Below are positions 49,401 through 62,050 of a stretch of 64,000 nt of DNA, piece by piece. Origin of the DNA: Fimbriosthenelais zetlandica. Taxonomy: Eukaryota. The stretch covers positions 53,072,001-53,136,000 of the forward strand of contig OZ365109.1 of the NCBI GenBank assembly GCA_977030845.1. The letters run 5' to 3'. Numbering within the stretch: the first letter of the stretch is position 1; every line of letters begins with the position of its first letter. The notes beneath the pieces were generated by a model, which had not been told where the DNA came from, ran no database searches, and saw only the letters and a program-made list of their open reading frames with translations. The position numbers and the translations under genes were made by a program.

Positions 49401-52400
49401 AGTTATGCCTTTCCCCTTTACTGTTATATGCTCTTCTACAGTACACATCTCCCAGGGCACATTAACCAGATATTAACTGATAACGATCCTCCACCTTACC
49501 TCACTAAGGCCTAATTGCAGACATCTGCCAATAAACAGCAATATGAACAAGGACCCATGAGGGAATCCACAATGGAGTTAACCGTACCATGCACCACCTC
49601 AAGCATGCCTCAGGACACCTTTTAAAGCTGCACCAGCTTGGCCATCATGCCTTGTTAAACTTCTAACGCTCGCTACTGGGGCTACTTTGAGTGGGGGCGG
49701 TACAAACAATGGAGGGACCAAACATACGGTGTCTCTGATCAGAGCATGTAGCGCTAAGCTGACTGTTGATTGATCCCAATATAGATCTAGGCCGATGCAA
49801 ACCCACTATTGATTGAAACCTAGAGCCCTAGAGCAAGCTAGTCTATACCTGCCCCAGGCAGACTGTGTCTCTATTCTTGGTGACTAACGTCCATCTGGTA
49901 AGAGCCATTCTTGTAGGAGACTGGGTTCAATCTGAAGGAGACTGAATCCAATTGTTAGGAGAGGGCATGATTGGGCACGGCTACAGAGTACTACCTCCTA
50001 TGACGACTTTTTAATGAAGTTTGTATCTTGAGTTTTTTCGACCTCAGCTCCTGGACCTCTAATCCCAAATCTGCCTTGAAGTTAAATCCATACCCAGACG
50101 ACTCGTTCGTCGATAAATATGGCTTAAGTTCTTTTTGATGTATGCCTTTGCATAAAATCCCAGCCACCTCCGACAGACTGAGAGAGGAGAGAGATAGCTA
50201 TCATAACACTTTATGGTGAGCCTGAAACAACAACATTGATCAGGATAGCTGGAATAAGTCTCAAAGAAACAGATAACATCTAGAGTCTGCTGCCAAAGCT
50301 TATTAGACGAGAGATTGACTCGCATAAATAGATCCCTTCACAAACGAACTGATCCGAGAATTAGAAATCCTTTGAGGAGTTTTTGCCAAAGAGAGTGAGA
50401 GAGGAAGGGAACGTCAGTTATAAGCTCCCAATGGCAAAAATGTCCGATCAGCTCTACCTTGGAGACAGAACCGTGTCCTTGCATGCATTCTCAGCAGTTG
50501 TCGGACTTTAAGAAGCATAGTTTAAACGAGAAGATGCAAAGCAAGTATTTTGATGAGCATACTTCTTGTGTGAGGAGAGAATATGGAAACCTTGGTAATT
50601 TCTGCCTTAACGACTTCAGATATTGCAATCATGAAGCATTCATCGAGCCACAATTTCATTCCACATAAATATCTAATAGAATTCCATTTTTAAACCTCTT
50701 AATAACCGTCATTAACCGTCATCTAGATTCAAAACTGAAGCCTCTGCAACAACTGGCGGTAATTTGCACGGCAGGAGATGGGGAGCGGGGCTGGAATGTT
50801 GGGAGTGAGAATGACAGATTACGTCGCAATTTAAAAGATAAGGAAGAGGTATGGGAGCTGGGAATTTGCTGGAAATTGCGGCTAGTCTCAGCACTTGCAT
50901 ATGGATATCCCAGTCAAGTACAGCCCCGCCCGCTAGAGGCGCTGTAGATGATAAATGAGGGCCGTGATGACGCGGAGTTGTCGCTCAGTCTCGGCATCAT
51001 CCAACAACTAACCTGGCTGGGAGGCGGAGGGCACTGTCAAATTCCTCCTTACATAGTGGCAGCAACCAACAAGCTTCCTTAAAGGGGCTCCTTAGTGGGC
51101 CTTGAAGTAATTTCATCTGAAGGCACTGGATCTATATAATTGTTGAAACAAGCATAGTTTTCCTTGTGTGTTGTATCAGATGTAATGGGCTGTACCTCAA
51201 TATTCAAAATGCTGTTTGTAATGATAAATATTCTAGTCATACAAAATTTGGGAAGGGTGTCAATTTACTGTATTTAGTACATCTTGCTAGGTACATTTGT
51301 ACTAGTGGTATTTTTTATTAGTGTTAAAAGAGCAACAACGTCATTTTGCAGGCTCGGCATTTCTGGATGACATAATCAATTTAAAAGCCATGGTCCAGTG
51401 GTCTTGTTAACAAAAGAATTGAAACCAAATACTCCACCTTTTAGATTAAAGGTTTGACTAAACACGAAGTCAGGCAGAAAAGTAAGGCACAAGTACCCTC
51501 CTCCTACTAGGCTTGATCCAGTGATCACTATCGTCACTATGCCTGATTCATCTCCCCCCATGACCTACATTAAACCGCCTCTCTTATCAGGCGAGACAAA
51601 ATATTAACACTTGAATGCTTCTACCAGCAGTCTGAACAGTATAAAATGCCACTTTTTTCTCCCACTCCCTGCTTTCGCACATTTTGTGAATCCAATAAAC
51701 CATAATGCGGGTCTATTGTGCTGGTTTCTTTTTGTGATAAATAAATAATGGTGTTGCTTCAAATTGCATCGCAGTATTGTTACAATGAGATTAGTTTTTC
51801 AACCACCAGATTTATTCATCCACTTCCTTTGCCAAGTTTTGGTCGGAGATAAAACATAAATCCATTGAGGGCCCTTGAAACTTTCTATTAGAACATTAAT
51901 GGGCTCTGCAGGCTGAAGGGAACATTGGTTTGTGAATCATTTGTAGGGAGAGGATTGTTCACACGTTAATGGGGACCTTGCATTATCATAGAGCTCTATG
52001 AAATTCTTAATGAAGGTAATCCACATTATATTTCTTTCTTTGCTAGTTTTTCTTTAAATTTCCCATGGTACCTCATTATCTGAGATGAAGTTTAAGCTAT
52101 GGGACACCATAAATGGTAGGGGGATTTTGGGATGAGAGTTACACGGGATTCAGTCTCAGACGCGTGACTTCTTTTCTTGTTCAGTTAAAAGTACTTCAAC
52201 TCATCCGTTTGGAGGAGAACGAGGAGCAAGTTCAAGAAATCAATTGCATTTATTACAACCCACTTAGTCCCCTGTCAAACGCCAAGTGGCTTTGGCAGAA
52301 ATCTCAATATTACATTGTCCAGATGATTTTCCCATTTACGAATTTTGCTAAGCTGTCCGTCATGGCCAACAGATATAATGCTTTTCAGTTATACGTGCCT

Positions 52401-55400
52401 TAAGCAAGCGGCCACTTCCTTTCGTATTAAAATGTTATGCTTGATGGATTAGGGAATATAATAAGGTTAAATCAAGACCTCGTTTTATCCATTGTGACAT
52501 TTAAATGTGTAAATATTTTAGATTGATATTCATTTAGTTGGCAAGGTTCTCTTTCCCATTTCAAATGCATGAAGAAAGAATAATTGCCGACACGGCCAGT
52601 GCCAACTCCTATCTGATAGAACATGCATACACGAGGAGGAAGATTCTAAGTGCTGATGACTCCACAGTTTTGATCTACCATTGCATTAATGTGTTTCAAC
52701 AAAAGCCTTTATAAATATACTAATGCTTTTGTGTTTGACATAGCAGCTGGGTTTACTTTTGTTATATAAACAGACTTATTGATTAATCTTGGTGACTTCC
52801 TATCCACAAACCCGAATGTTTATCACACATCAAACCTGCAGAAATCAGCATGCAAACTTGCGTATAAAAACAATCAAATCCCGCAAGAAAATATGGATTA
52901 AATATCACAAGAAATGAAGGCCCCATCGACATTTTATTTACAGCCAAAGTTCCACGTGTTCTCTTGCATGTCTAACTTTGTTCAGTGTCTTCTGTGGGGA
53001 AGTCACCAAAATAGGTTAGAAGAATAAAGGTTAATGGAATAGGCTGAAGTCTATAGATTAGTTGCAAGTATATATTCACCAGACTTCCCACCAAGTCATT
53101 ACCTGCTTGTTTGAGCTTTTGTGTAAGGTAAGCATGACTCATTAGAAGACAAAAGATAGCTGCCAACTCAATTTACCTTTGCCTGTGGCTAGCTTCATAT
53201 TCTGTATAGTGTTTCTGCAGGCTCTACACTGATCGCAATCAACCTAGGCAAAGACCCCGTCAGAATCAAGCTCGACTGGGTGTTCCAGAAGGGTCAATGG
53301 TTGTATTTCGTATTTCACGCTAGGATAACAGAGGTCCTCATAGATCAATTCCCTTGTTGTATAACTGGAGGGAGGCCACGCAGCCAATTTTCACTGGCAT
53401 ATATAATTATATAATTTAATTTGTCACTGGCAAAAAATCGCAGGGAAAATGTTGCTATGACTCCTACGAGCTAGCCTTCTAGGGCTCATCCACTAGGTCG
53501 CAAGGGAGAGCGACCACTGGCGATCAATGATCAATAGCGATCCAATTGCTGCTCGCGCTGTAGTTTTCTCTCACTGCAGGTCCAATAAGGGCTTGCTGCA
53601 ATATGCGCAATTTTTTGCGATTTCTTTCCTGTGACAGATACCGGTAAAGGTTCTTTTCCTGTGACAGATGCGGTTATACAACAGGGGGAATTCATGAGCT
53701 ACTTTACCATCACTAATAGTCTACGCAAGTGATTTAATAGTGGTTATACACTAATAGACAGTAGAGCAGTGCAGGTGAAAGAGGAAGGTTCAAGATGGGG
53801 GCGAATATGATGTACTTAATATGATGCACGATGCAGGAAATTGATCAAGCAGTAAGTAATAGGATATACTGATATAGACATTTAGGTTTGGATCGGTTCA
53901 TTAGCCCCTGAAGAGTTATGTCCTCCATTCATAATCTGGATAACATTAACTACAATGACTCTATAGGCTACCCATACATTTTAGATTTTAGGATTTTATA
54001 TTAGTTCAAAGAAATGACCATGAAAGATGTCACGTTCTGTTTCCTCTAACCCAATCGGAAGAATTACTAAGAGTTACCAACGTAGCTTCATGCAATCACA
54101 GCCCGCTGGCATTTCCTACATCTAAACACTGCCTTTGACTCCTTGTACAGATGCCTTTGGCTTGTTTGATGGGGTTTGAGAGTGGATAGGAGTGCCCAGC
54201 CAGGCCTATGAAGTGATAAAAGGTGATAACTTTTGCCTGGTGACCCCAGGTTGACCACTGGGAAAATTACATTCCCATCAAGGCTAGAGATTGGGCCCTG
54301 GTCGTAGATTTTGGTTCTTTGGAGGGGACACCGAAGCAAATTAGTGCCAAGGACTGAGGCTTCAGAGCATGGTAACGCCTTAGGGCTTTCTCAGAGGGGG
54401 TGGATTTGGGGCCATCCCTCCTCGTATGCCCTCTTGTGTCAGACCTGTTTTTACACTCAATGTTTAACGTTAAGATTGGATGGGTAATTTGTGTTCCCAT
54501 CGCCCGGTTTGGCTGGAAGATTCATTCCCATGAGAGGGTCTGGTACGCCTTGAATACAAATAGACAGGCAGGCAGCCAAGGAGTCCAAATAAATACTTCT
54601 TCCCCCAGAGCTCAGTATCCACAAGAAACTAGGCAGCTGGATGCGGACAAGGGATTCTATATGGACTAGGAATGGGAGAGGATAAAACCAAAAGATGGTA
54701 GCGAGAGGCTGTGTAAAGAATCGTATTTCCCAGTATAGATATCGTATATATGTTGAACCAACATTATATGGACGACATTGTGTTAAGGATCCATATAGAG
54801 AAATTGGGGTGGATTGCTCGGTGTTGATTGGGCTGCCAGTATTTGGGTTACCAGGTAGGCCTACTGTACTTGCGTATGATAAGTCAATATGCTTGGTTGA
54901 CCCACACTGATGCTAGGTTATAATTTTAGTAGAAAGAGTACTTTCATGCAGGTGTAAATAAAATCAATCCAACTATCCATTTGGTATATTGTGAAAGGCA
55001 TTTGGTATATTGCAAAAGAAGACCATTAAAAAGAGCCTATAGTCCTGAATCCTGGAAGGAAAATGTTGCAATTAACTTGCAAGGAGAGGAAAACTGCCCA
55101 AACTGCCACTCAAACATCTGCCTCAAGGATTGACTGCAACACAAATCGCAGAACTCGCAAGGCATAATATTGGTGGAGTTACCTCATAAGTAGAGTAACT
55201 GAGTTCATCGACCTTTAAGTTACCACATGTTTGGACTCATTAAGTCATAGAGAGGAGTTACTGTAGAGGGAGAGGGATATATATACGGGGAGCAGAAGGA
55301 TGAAGAGATGAAGTGGGAGGAGAAGGAGATGGTGTTCAGAACAGTGGTACACTGCATCTTCCTCATTCTTTCTCTATTGCTATTCTACAAACATCGAATA

Positions 55401-58154
55401 GCCTGGGAAAAAAAGCCTGATTGTGTGTGCCTGGCTCCTTCCCACCACCACTCCATCCCCGCCCAGTGAAGCAGGAAATAGGCCAGGAGTACATTGCAAT
55501 GCTCCTCATGTGGCACCAGCCAACCAGCAACACGGGCAACATGTTTACTTGGCATCTGTAACCGAGCTTTTGGAAAGACAAGACCTTCTCCATTTTAACC
55601 CATTGCGGGGCTTTTTATAACTGCCTTGACCTATGCCAAGTCCTGTGGCGTACATCAAAACTCACTTCCCCTTGTCTTCAAGCTTCAAGTGGTATAGCCT
55701 CTAAGCCTTATAATTCAGCTTGAGCATTTTCTGAAGGCATCGCACGCTCCATGTCTCATGTCTCCCAGCTTGTTGATGCAGCTATGCCAGCCTATATTAC
55801 AGACCATGGTAATAGATGCTATAGACCTATGCATGACTTCCCTGACCCCTCCTGACCTGAACTATTGGAATATGCCAGGAAAAGGCTTGATGTATCGCTC
55901 GTATGGAAACGTCTGGAATATGGTTGCCTTACACCAAGTCCCTCTGAACAGACGGTCGTTCTTAGGGAACCAGGACCAGCTGAGTGTAGAGAATCCCGTG
56001 GGAAGGCAACCATTGTGCTGCTCCAATAACTGCCAAGGAAATGTACACCACAAGGGACATTAGTTACACCAGAATCTGGCTCCCAACATTGAATCCTATT
56101 GGCTTCCTCCTTATGCCACAGAAAATGACTAACTGGATCCATATAGTGCCATAAGTATTTCTAAACAACGTAGCAAGCGCAATCATGGTTTATTCAGAGA
56201 GCAGAAATTTCATATTCATTGCCCTATATCGAAGGTCTTATACGGTCATAGGAAACTGCTGTATTTCACAAAAAAATATTCTTTGAATCTTATAACACTG
56301 TCATTTCCTATTTATAAATATTCAGTCCTTCAGTATTAGCCCACCCTCAATAGGGTGAGATCATTGGCCTGCGCAAATAATAAAAACTTGCACTGAGAAA
56401 ATTTGGAACTGTTTCCTTATCTATACAACCCAGAGATGCCAGATGCTCAGTCCAAATCTATATGTGGGTTTGCCACAACATAGACCAATTATGGTAGGAC
56501 ATTCAGAGAAGGAGCGTGAGCCTGGATATGGTCAAAGTTCAGTGAGAAAGGATTGTGATTCTTTGGCCTGTTTCCGTCTGACGAAGATAGAGGGAATGTT
56601 TCTGTTTAGTCCATGAATTGAGACAAATTGTAGGCCTATTTGCTGGGATCGTCCTTTTGAAGAGTTTTTTTTCCTCAAGGTTGGCAAACAGCAGCGAAAT
56701 TTCCCCAATGTAGATGAAACCAATCAAACCGTAAAATAAAGCCATACTACAAACCTGTGGCATTTAGAACATTCAGTTTTAACATTCTTACCGAATGAAT
56801 CACTATTACAACACTAAGATAGCATCCCCTAAACGTATTACAAGCCCACTTTGATAACCAAGAACATATTAGAGCAATATTTTCCTTAGATTAGCCTTAC
56901 TTTCTTTTAACCATATTCACCAGAATTACCTTTCGTACTTCTAGACACCAGCCACTCGTTTTACCAGCACATAAAGTGGGCGTAGAGCCTTAATTACTGC
57001 GTTAATGACACTTAACCATAAGACCCCGCCTCCCATCCACCACTATACAGTAAGCATGATATATTGACAGGTTCATATTCTACTAGACCCTACGTCATAT
57101 CCTCCTTAATTTACCTAATATACTTCTCACCATCCCTAATTTGCCATCCCTCAAGCTTCTCTCAGTCCATCCAGCCATACCCCTACCTCCCAGCAACCCC
57201 CAACACTCTCCCCTTAACTCCCACCCACCCATCTATATACTCCCATCTTCTCCTCTGAGGGCCCTCCTTCCATGCCCACCAAAGTTGCATGCCAAAAGAT
57301 CTCACATTTCTCCCTTTGCTTAGCAAAGGTCGCATAATAATTCCTGGTGTAGTCTGCAGGATGGCTTGAGTGCTAATTGCTGGGGCCTCCCACGGATGTT
57401 AGTGCTTGGTAAAAGGCCCCCATAAAGGGACACGATGGACGAAGAATTGATGGACATTAGACTCACCGCCAGAACCCAAAGGCAATAAAGAAATATTAGA
57501 TATCATATATTATATAGACACATACCAAGGATAAGTATTTCCAACTTTTTATCGTGTTGAATAGATAATGTTGCATGACCACTAATATTATGACTACTCG
57601 GGGAGACTTATGATGTTATAATGGGCACTGCATTGTGATTCCCTTACAACTTCCAGAACCCAGGGATCAAAACGATAGAAAATCGCTCCAAAATCATGGC
57701 AACATTGCAAACTATTTAAATAACCACCAGATAAAATACCTTAAGGTATTCTGTCCCGACTGGGCTTGTTTCACCTGGTTTGACTGATGCTTTATAGTAC
57801 TTTCGTAAATATGATGCAAGCCAGACCCACTTGGCACACTCTCTTGCTTCAAGTCTGAAACCTATCAGTCACTACCAGTACTCGATTATGGAACCAGTCA
57901 TATGTATTATTGATGTGAATTGTAATCCCTTGATGGATTAAGGCCTTTAAGCACCAGGCTAATCCTTCATAATGAGGATTTGATGACAGGCTGGCTGGGA
58001 GAGCCAGATAAGATGTGTGTGCAAGACTGGAACAATGACACACGCATCAGTGCCTCACAGAATAGACATCAATGTCATAGAGTTCAGTCTCCTTTCTGAA
58101 TGAGGTCCTTTTGTAACAAGGGTTCGGGGAATGGTTCTACAGTAGGTTTATATG

Positions 58155-58270
58155 TTGAATAACCTCTGATTCATTCATTCATTCCTTGGTGCTCTGGTCT
58201 GAGAACAAAATACATACAGAAGGATTGAATAACCTTTGAATTTAGTCCTTGGTCTGGTCTGAGAACAAAA
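58155..58270. repeat. Local imperfect tandem duplication
   Basis: ttgaataacct...ccttggt...ctggtctgagaacaaaa occurs at 58155-58210 and 58225-58270. Confidence 0.85.
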
Positions 58271-59999
58271 GAAACTTCAGTCTTACAATGCGCCTTTAAG
58301 CTTATATGAATGCTTAATGCAGGACCTATGATTTTTGTGCTCTCCATGGGACATGCTTTTAAGAATAAAGCCTTTCAGCTTCAGGAATCGTTCCTTGGCT
58401 CAGCATCAGAGCAGCCTATCAGGGAGCATCCAGTTTCCTCCAGGTGTCAGACGGCTGTTATACCAGGGAGCATTTAGTGCGACTGGGAGTGAAAATTGAC
58501 ATGGCCATTAAGGACGTGATGGAAGTAAACATTACACGGCTAGATGGAGAATGCTCGCCCTACTGGGATCCTCCATCCATCATCTAAAAGAAAAGGCCTT
58601 CGATCAATGCCAAGTGAAGGCATTGCTTTGGATGACGCCTTGTGGCAGTGTATATGAAGTTAGCCAAGCTGACTCGCCAGTCAGACCTCAGTGGAGTCCA
58701 GCCGGTCCACCGGGACCAGGCCGTAAATACCGGCCCCGCGGCTTAGGTATGAATATGGTGAAAACTGAGTGGGACTGTGGATTAGAGACTAGGACAGGGC
58801 AGGCGGACAACATGCTCTAGGGCCATTGTTTCTTATTGATCCTTGTGGATATGGAATATCAGCAAGAGAAGGGGGACGCTAGATTAGGCCCTGATGTGCC
58901 TGGTAGACAGTCCTGGATCTTTCTCCTTGCCCCAAAGCAGGATTTAGGCGATGAGAGAGCGCTGACCTTGAAATTATGGCTGCCCGGATGTGGATTTATC
59001 GCTGTGAGGGAGAGGAGACGCTATGGAGATGGTTTCTTAGTGGCGGTAGCAGTCACCAAAGCTATAGCCAGGCTGGACAGAGCCCAGGGATTGATATATG
59101 TACTGAATAGAAAGCCTATAAATCATGGCAGGTAGTAAAGTAACCTTTTTGTGGCGGCATTTTATCCCGCGCTGCATGTGATGTGCCTACTTATTGGTAT
59201 CTCTTTATATCGGTGCTGTATGACAGAATAAAATTTGAATCATGATGACCCAAGGACATACCTTTTCTCTGATATATAATACTTTATGCCAGAAAACTCA
59301 TTAGGACAGAAAATGCACCGGATTTTCATACATTGTAATTCTGAAGAAAGAAAAGGTCCATGCTTAGAAAGGGAATTAGTCGATATAATTGTTGGAACTG
59401 CCTTAAAAAGACAATCATCGTATCAAATCATCCCTCCCTCTGTTGTATCATTTACCCACAGAAATCCGGTTTTTGTGAACACTTACCCTGGGAAACTCTA
59501 TACTGAATACAGTCTGTATACAGGTTTCCTCTTTCTCACGACCCCTTTTTTCTCTCTTCACCACGGAACCGCCGCCATGCATTCACAGCCCCAGCTCCCT
59601 CCTTTACCACAGACGCAAAGCTCTCACCAAGGCCTCATTTCAAGGCCTGGCCAATGATATGGTTGATATTAGAATCTTTGGGCGATCTTGCCCATTATCC
59701 AGCACCAGTTATGCTTCTGTAATATGACCCGAGCAGCGCTAAAACTGTCAATACACAAATCCCAGCTGCAAACACTCATTTCCGCATACTTCTGGCCTCC
59801 ACCACCACCACTATTCTCACTATGTCTACTGGGAAAGTAGGAAATACAATATGACCAAACTCTTGGTAGGCCATGCACATTTATCTGAAATACACCATCT
59901 ATATGGTGGCTGGAATATGAGTGGCTCCACCAAAGCTTTGACACCTTATCGCAAACAAACCTTGACATACTGGCTTCTCTTCCATGGAAGACGCGTCTG

Positions 60000-60029
60000 A
60001 AAAGGTCCTTCAATATTGAAGGACGTTTT
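60000..60029. repeat. Perfect 20-bp palindrome GTCCTTCAATATTGAAGGAC (60005-60024) with AAAA/TTTT flanks
   Basis: Self-complementarity checked base by base. Confidence 0.9.
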
Positions 60030-61489
60030 TGGAAATAAATCGAGGAACATCAGGTTAACTGAGAATATTATCGCTGACATATCACACACAAAATAATTGG
60101 ATGATTTCTGGCAAACAAGTTATCTCTCATCTGCGATGTTATAATGCCAATTTGGGGCAATATTTGAGTTTTCTTCTCGTCATATTATACCGGAAGTACT
60201 TTTTCCTATGCTTCCTGTGTGGTGTCTCTAGGCCATCATTCAGTGAGATTCAGTCCATGGCTGCTCTCTTGCTAATTCATGCACGCCAAAACACTTAAAG
60301 GGGCATTAGTCTAGGAAATATTATCGAAAACAGTTTATACAACAAAATCGAGGAGCTTTGATGAATGGAGTGAACTCGACTAAGAATAGATTCAATAGTC
60401 GTTTTGAGCGTTCTGGTGTGAGAGAAGGAGTGGCCTGTGGACGCATAAGAGTATGTGATCCAGCATATGTCTATCGCCTAATTCAGCAGTATATTTTCCC
60501 CATTGAGCTAAGCTGAAGACAAAATAAGCGATCAAATATAAATGCTTGTGAGCCTCACATCATATAACAATCCTTCAAATCTGCGGGAGTAAAGGTCAAT
60601 GGCTGATCTAGCGACACTGTGGTATGGGAGAGGTTAATTAATTAAGTAGAGATGTATAATAGATGGAAGAACAAGCACAAGGTACCATTGATCATCTATA
60701 GTCTTCACAAAGAGTCTATAAGCACTGTTGTCTTCTCCATCCCAAAGCTATAGAAAATTGCTCAGAAATAACAGCTTTAAATTCCCTAGTCGTTTCTTGT
60801 GTTGAAAGTAATGAACCACATTTCATTTTATAGATGTTTGGGTCGACTGTGCCACAGTTGCATTTGGATATCAGTTGACTTTCCTTTAAGTTGGAGGCGT
60901 ACATATATATGGCTCTCACTGCTCTTTCACTTACAAAAGCCATTCTTCACACCTGATCTATGGGGCTGGGTTAGGGAAATATTATATCACTGTCAGGGGT
61001 TTTTAATACTATGATCCAAGACTATAAGGAGGTGAGGATATGGGACTGATATCTATAGATAATATTGATGGATCACTCTATAGACCTTTAGAATAAAAAG
61101 CATTCAGTAATGAGACATTTGACTTGGCATATTGTATGATGGATAGATGGCTGGGATTAAGGGCTTTTCTCATGTAATCTTTTATTCCATTTCTACCCTT
61201 TTCCGCAATGAATGCTTTTTTAAAGCTCGATTTTCAAATTCATCTTTCACATGCAGCATTGCAGCCACAGTGAATTTATTGGAAATGGCTTCAAACGCCA
61301 AAGACATTCTGTAAGGGCAACACACGGTATATGGTATGAATTCTGTCTCAAAAATTCAAAGGAATGCATACAGAGCAATCTTTTATTGCCGGCCCTTCGG
61401 AACGGAGACATTCAAACACAGACATGTGGAACAGACGGGAAATATGTACAAATTGTCGTCTACCCCAGACTACAGCCTTGAGTCCAACC

Positions 61490-61690
61490 TGATTGGCTGT
61501 CGTTTGGGGTGTGACATGTGACCACTCGTGGACCAATCAGAGTTGGCGGTGACAGATGGTCAGTGCGCAGTGATAGGCTAGCGACGCCTGAGTGGAAGGT
61601 TCCTCTCCTTCAGTCGTGGAGAGTGCTAGCGGCGTCCACTCGTCACGTGACAAGAGTCGGCCGCCATGACAGTTGGCGGCCATGACTAAT
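61490..61690 (+). promoter_or_regulatory. Promoter-like CpG-rich region
   Basis: Inverted and direct CCAAT boxes (TGATTGG 61490, CCAATCA 61533), the palindromic E-box GTCACGTGAC (61642-61651) and GCCGCCATG (61660-61668). Confidence 0.45.
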
Positions 61691-61861
61691 GACATGGTTT
61701 TATGCTCTTGCTCTGCCCAGCTCAAGTACTTGAATGCTTGATCCCTGCAACACACTGACTTCCACTTAAAGGCTTTTAGGGGTAATGTTAAAATTAAACA
61801 TTGCATTGAGTAAGAGTGTCGGGGAAATTAACGTTGACTTCTTAAATGTCGTTTTCCTGAA

Positions 61862-62050
61862 ATGGCCGTACTCAGCCAGTCCACAGACAGTGATCCATCT
61901 GCAAAGACTGTACGAGATTTCCTGGCGAATGGAGCTGAACTCATCATGGGGCCTGTGCCTAACTGTATGGAACCTGGGCATACTAACAAAAGTGAACATT
62001 TCCTGACATTTGACATGTACCCTTACCCGGAGTGCTCTTACTACAAGGAG
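61862..62050 (+). CDS. Candidate first coding exon of an unidentified plus-strand gene (63 aa, MAVLSQSTDSDPSAKTVRDFLANGAELIMGPVPNCMEPGH...YPECSYYKE)
   Basis: ATG in good context (G at -3 and +4), downstream of the promoter-like cluster, with a donor-like GAG|GTACAC at 62051. I recognise no family and identified no downstream exon. Confidence 0.22.

Noticed and set aside
55400-55900. Possible decayed retrotransposon C-terminal zinc-knuckle (CPCC...EEH...FLLH on the minus strand)
   Set aside because: It needs several frameshifts and the motif spacing is wrong; it is not distinguishable from chance.
55994-56003. Perfect COE/UNC-3 site TCCCGTGGGA
   Set aside because: A single hit about 16 kb upstream; an occurrence of this order is expected by chance in a window this size.
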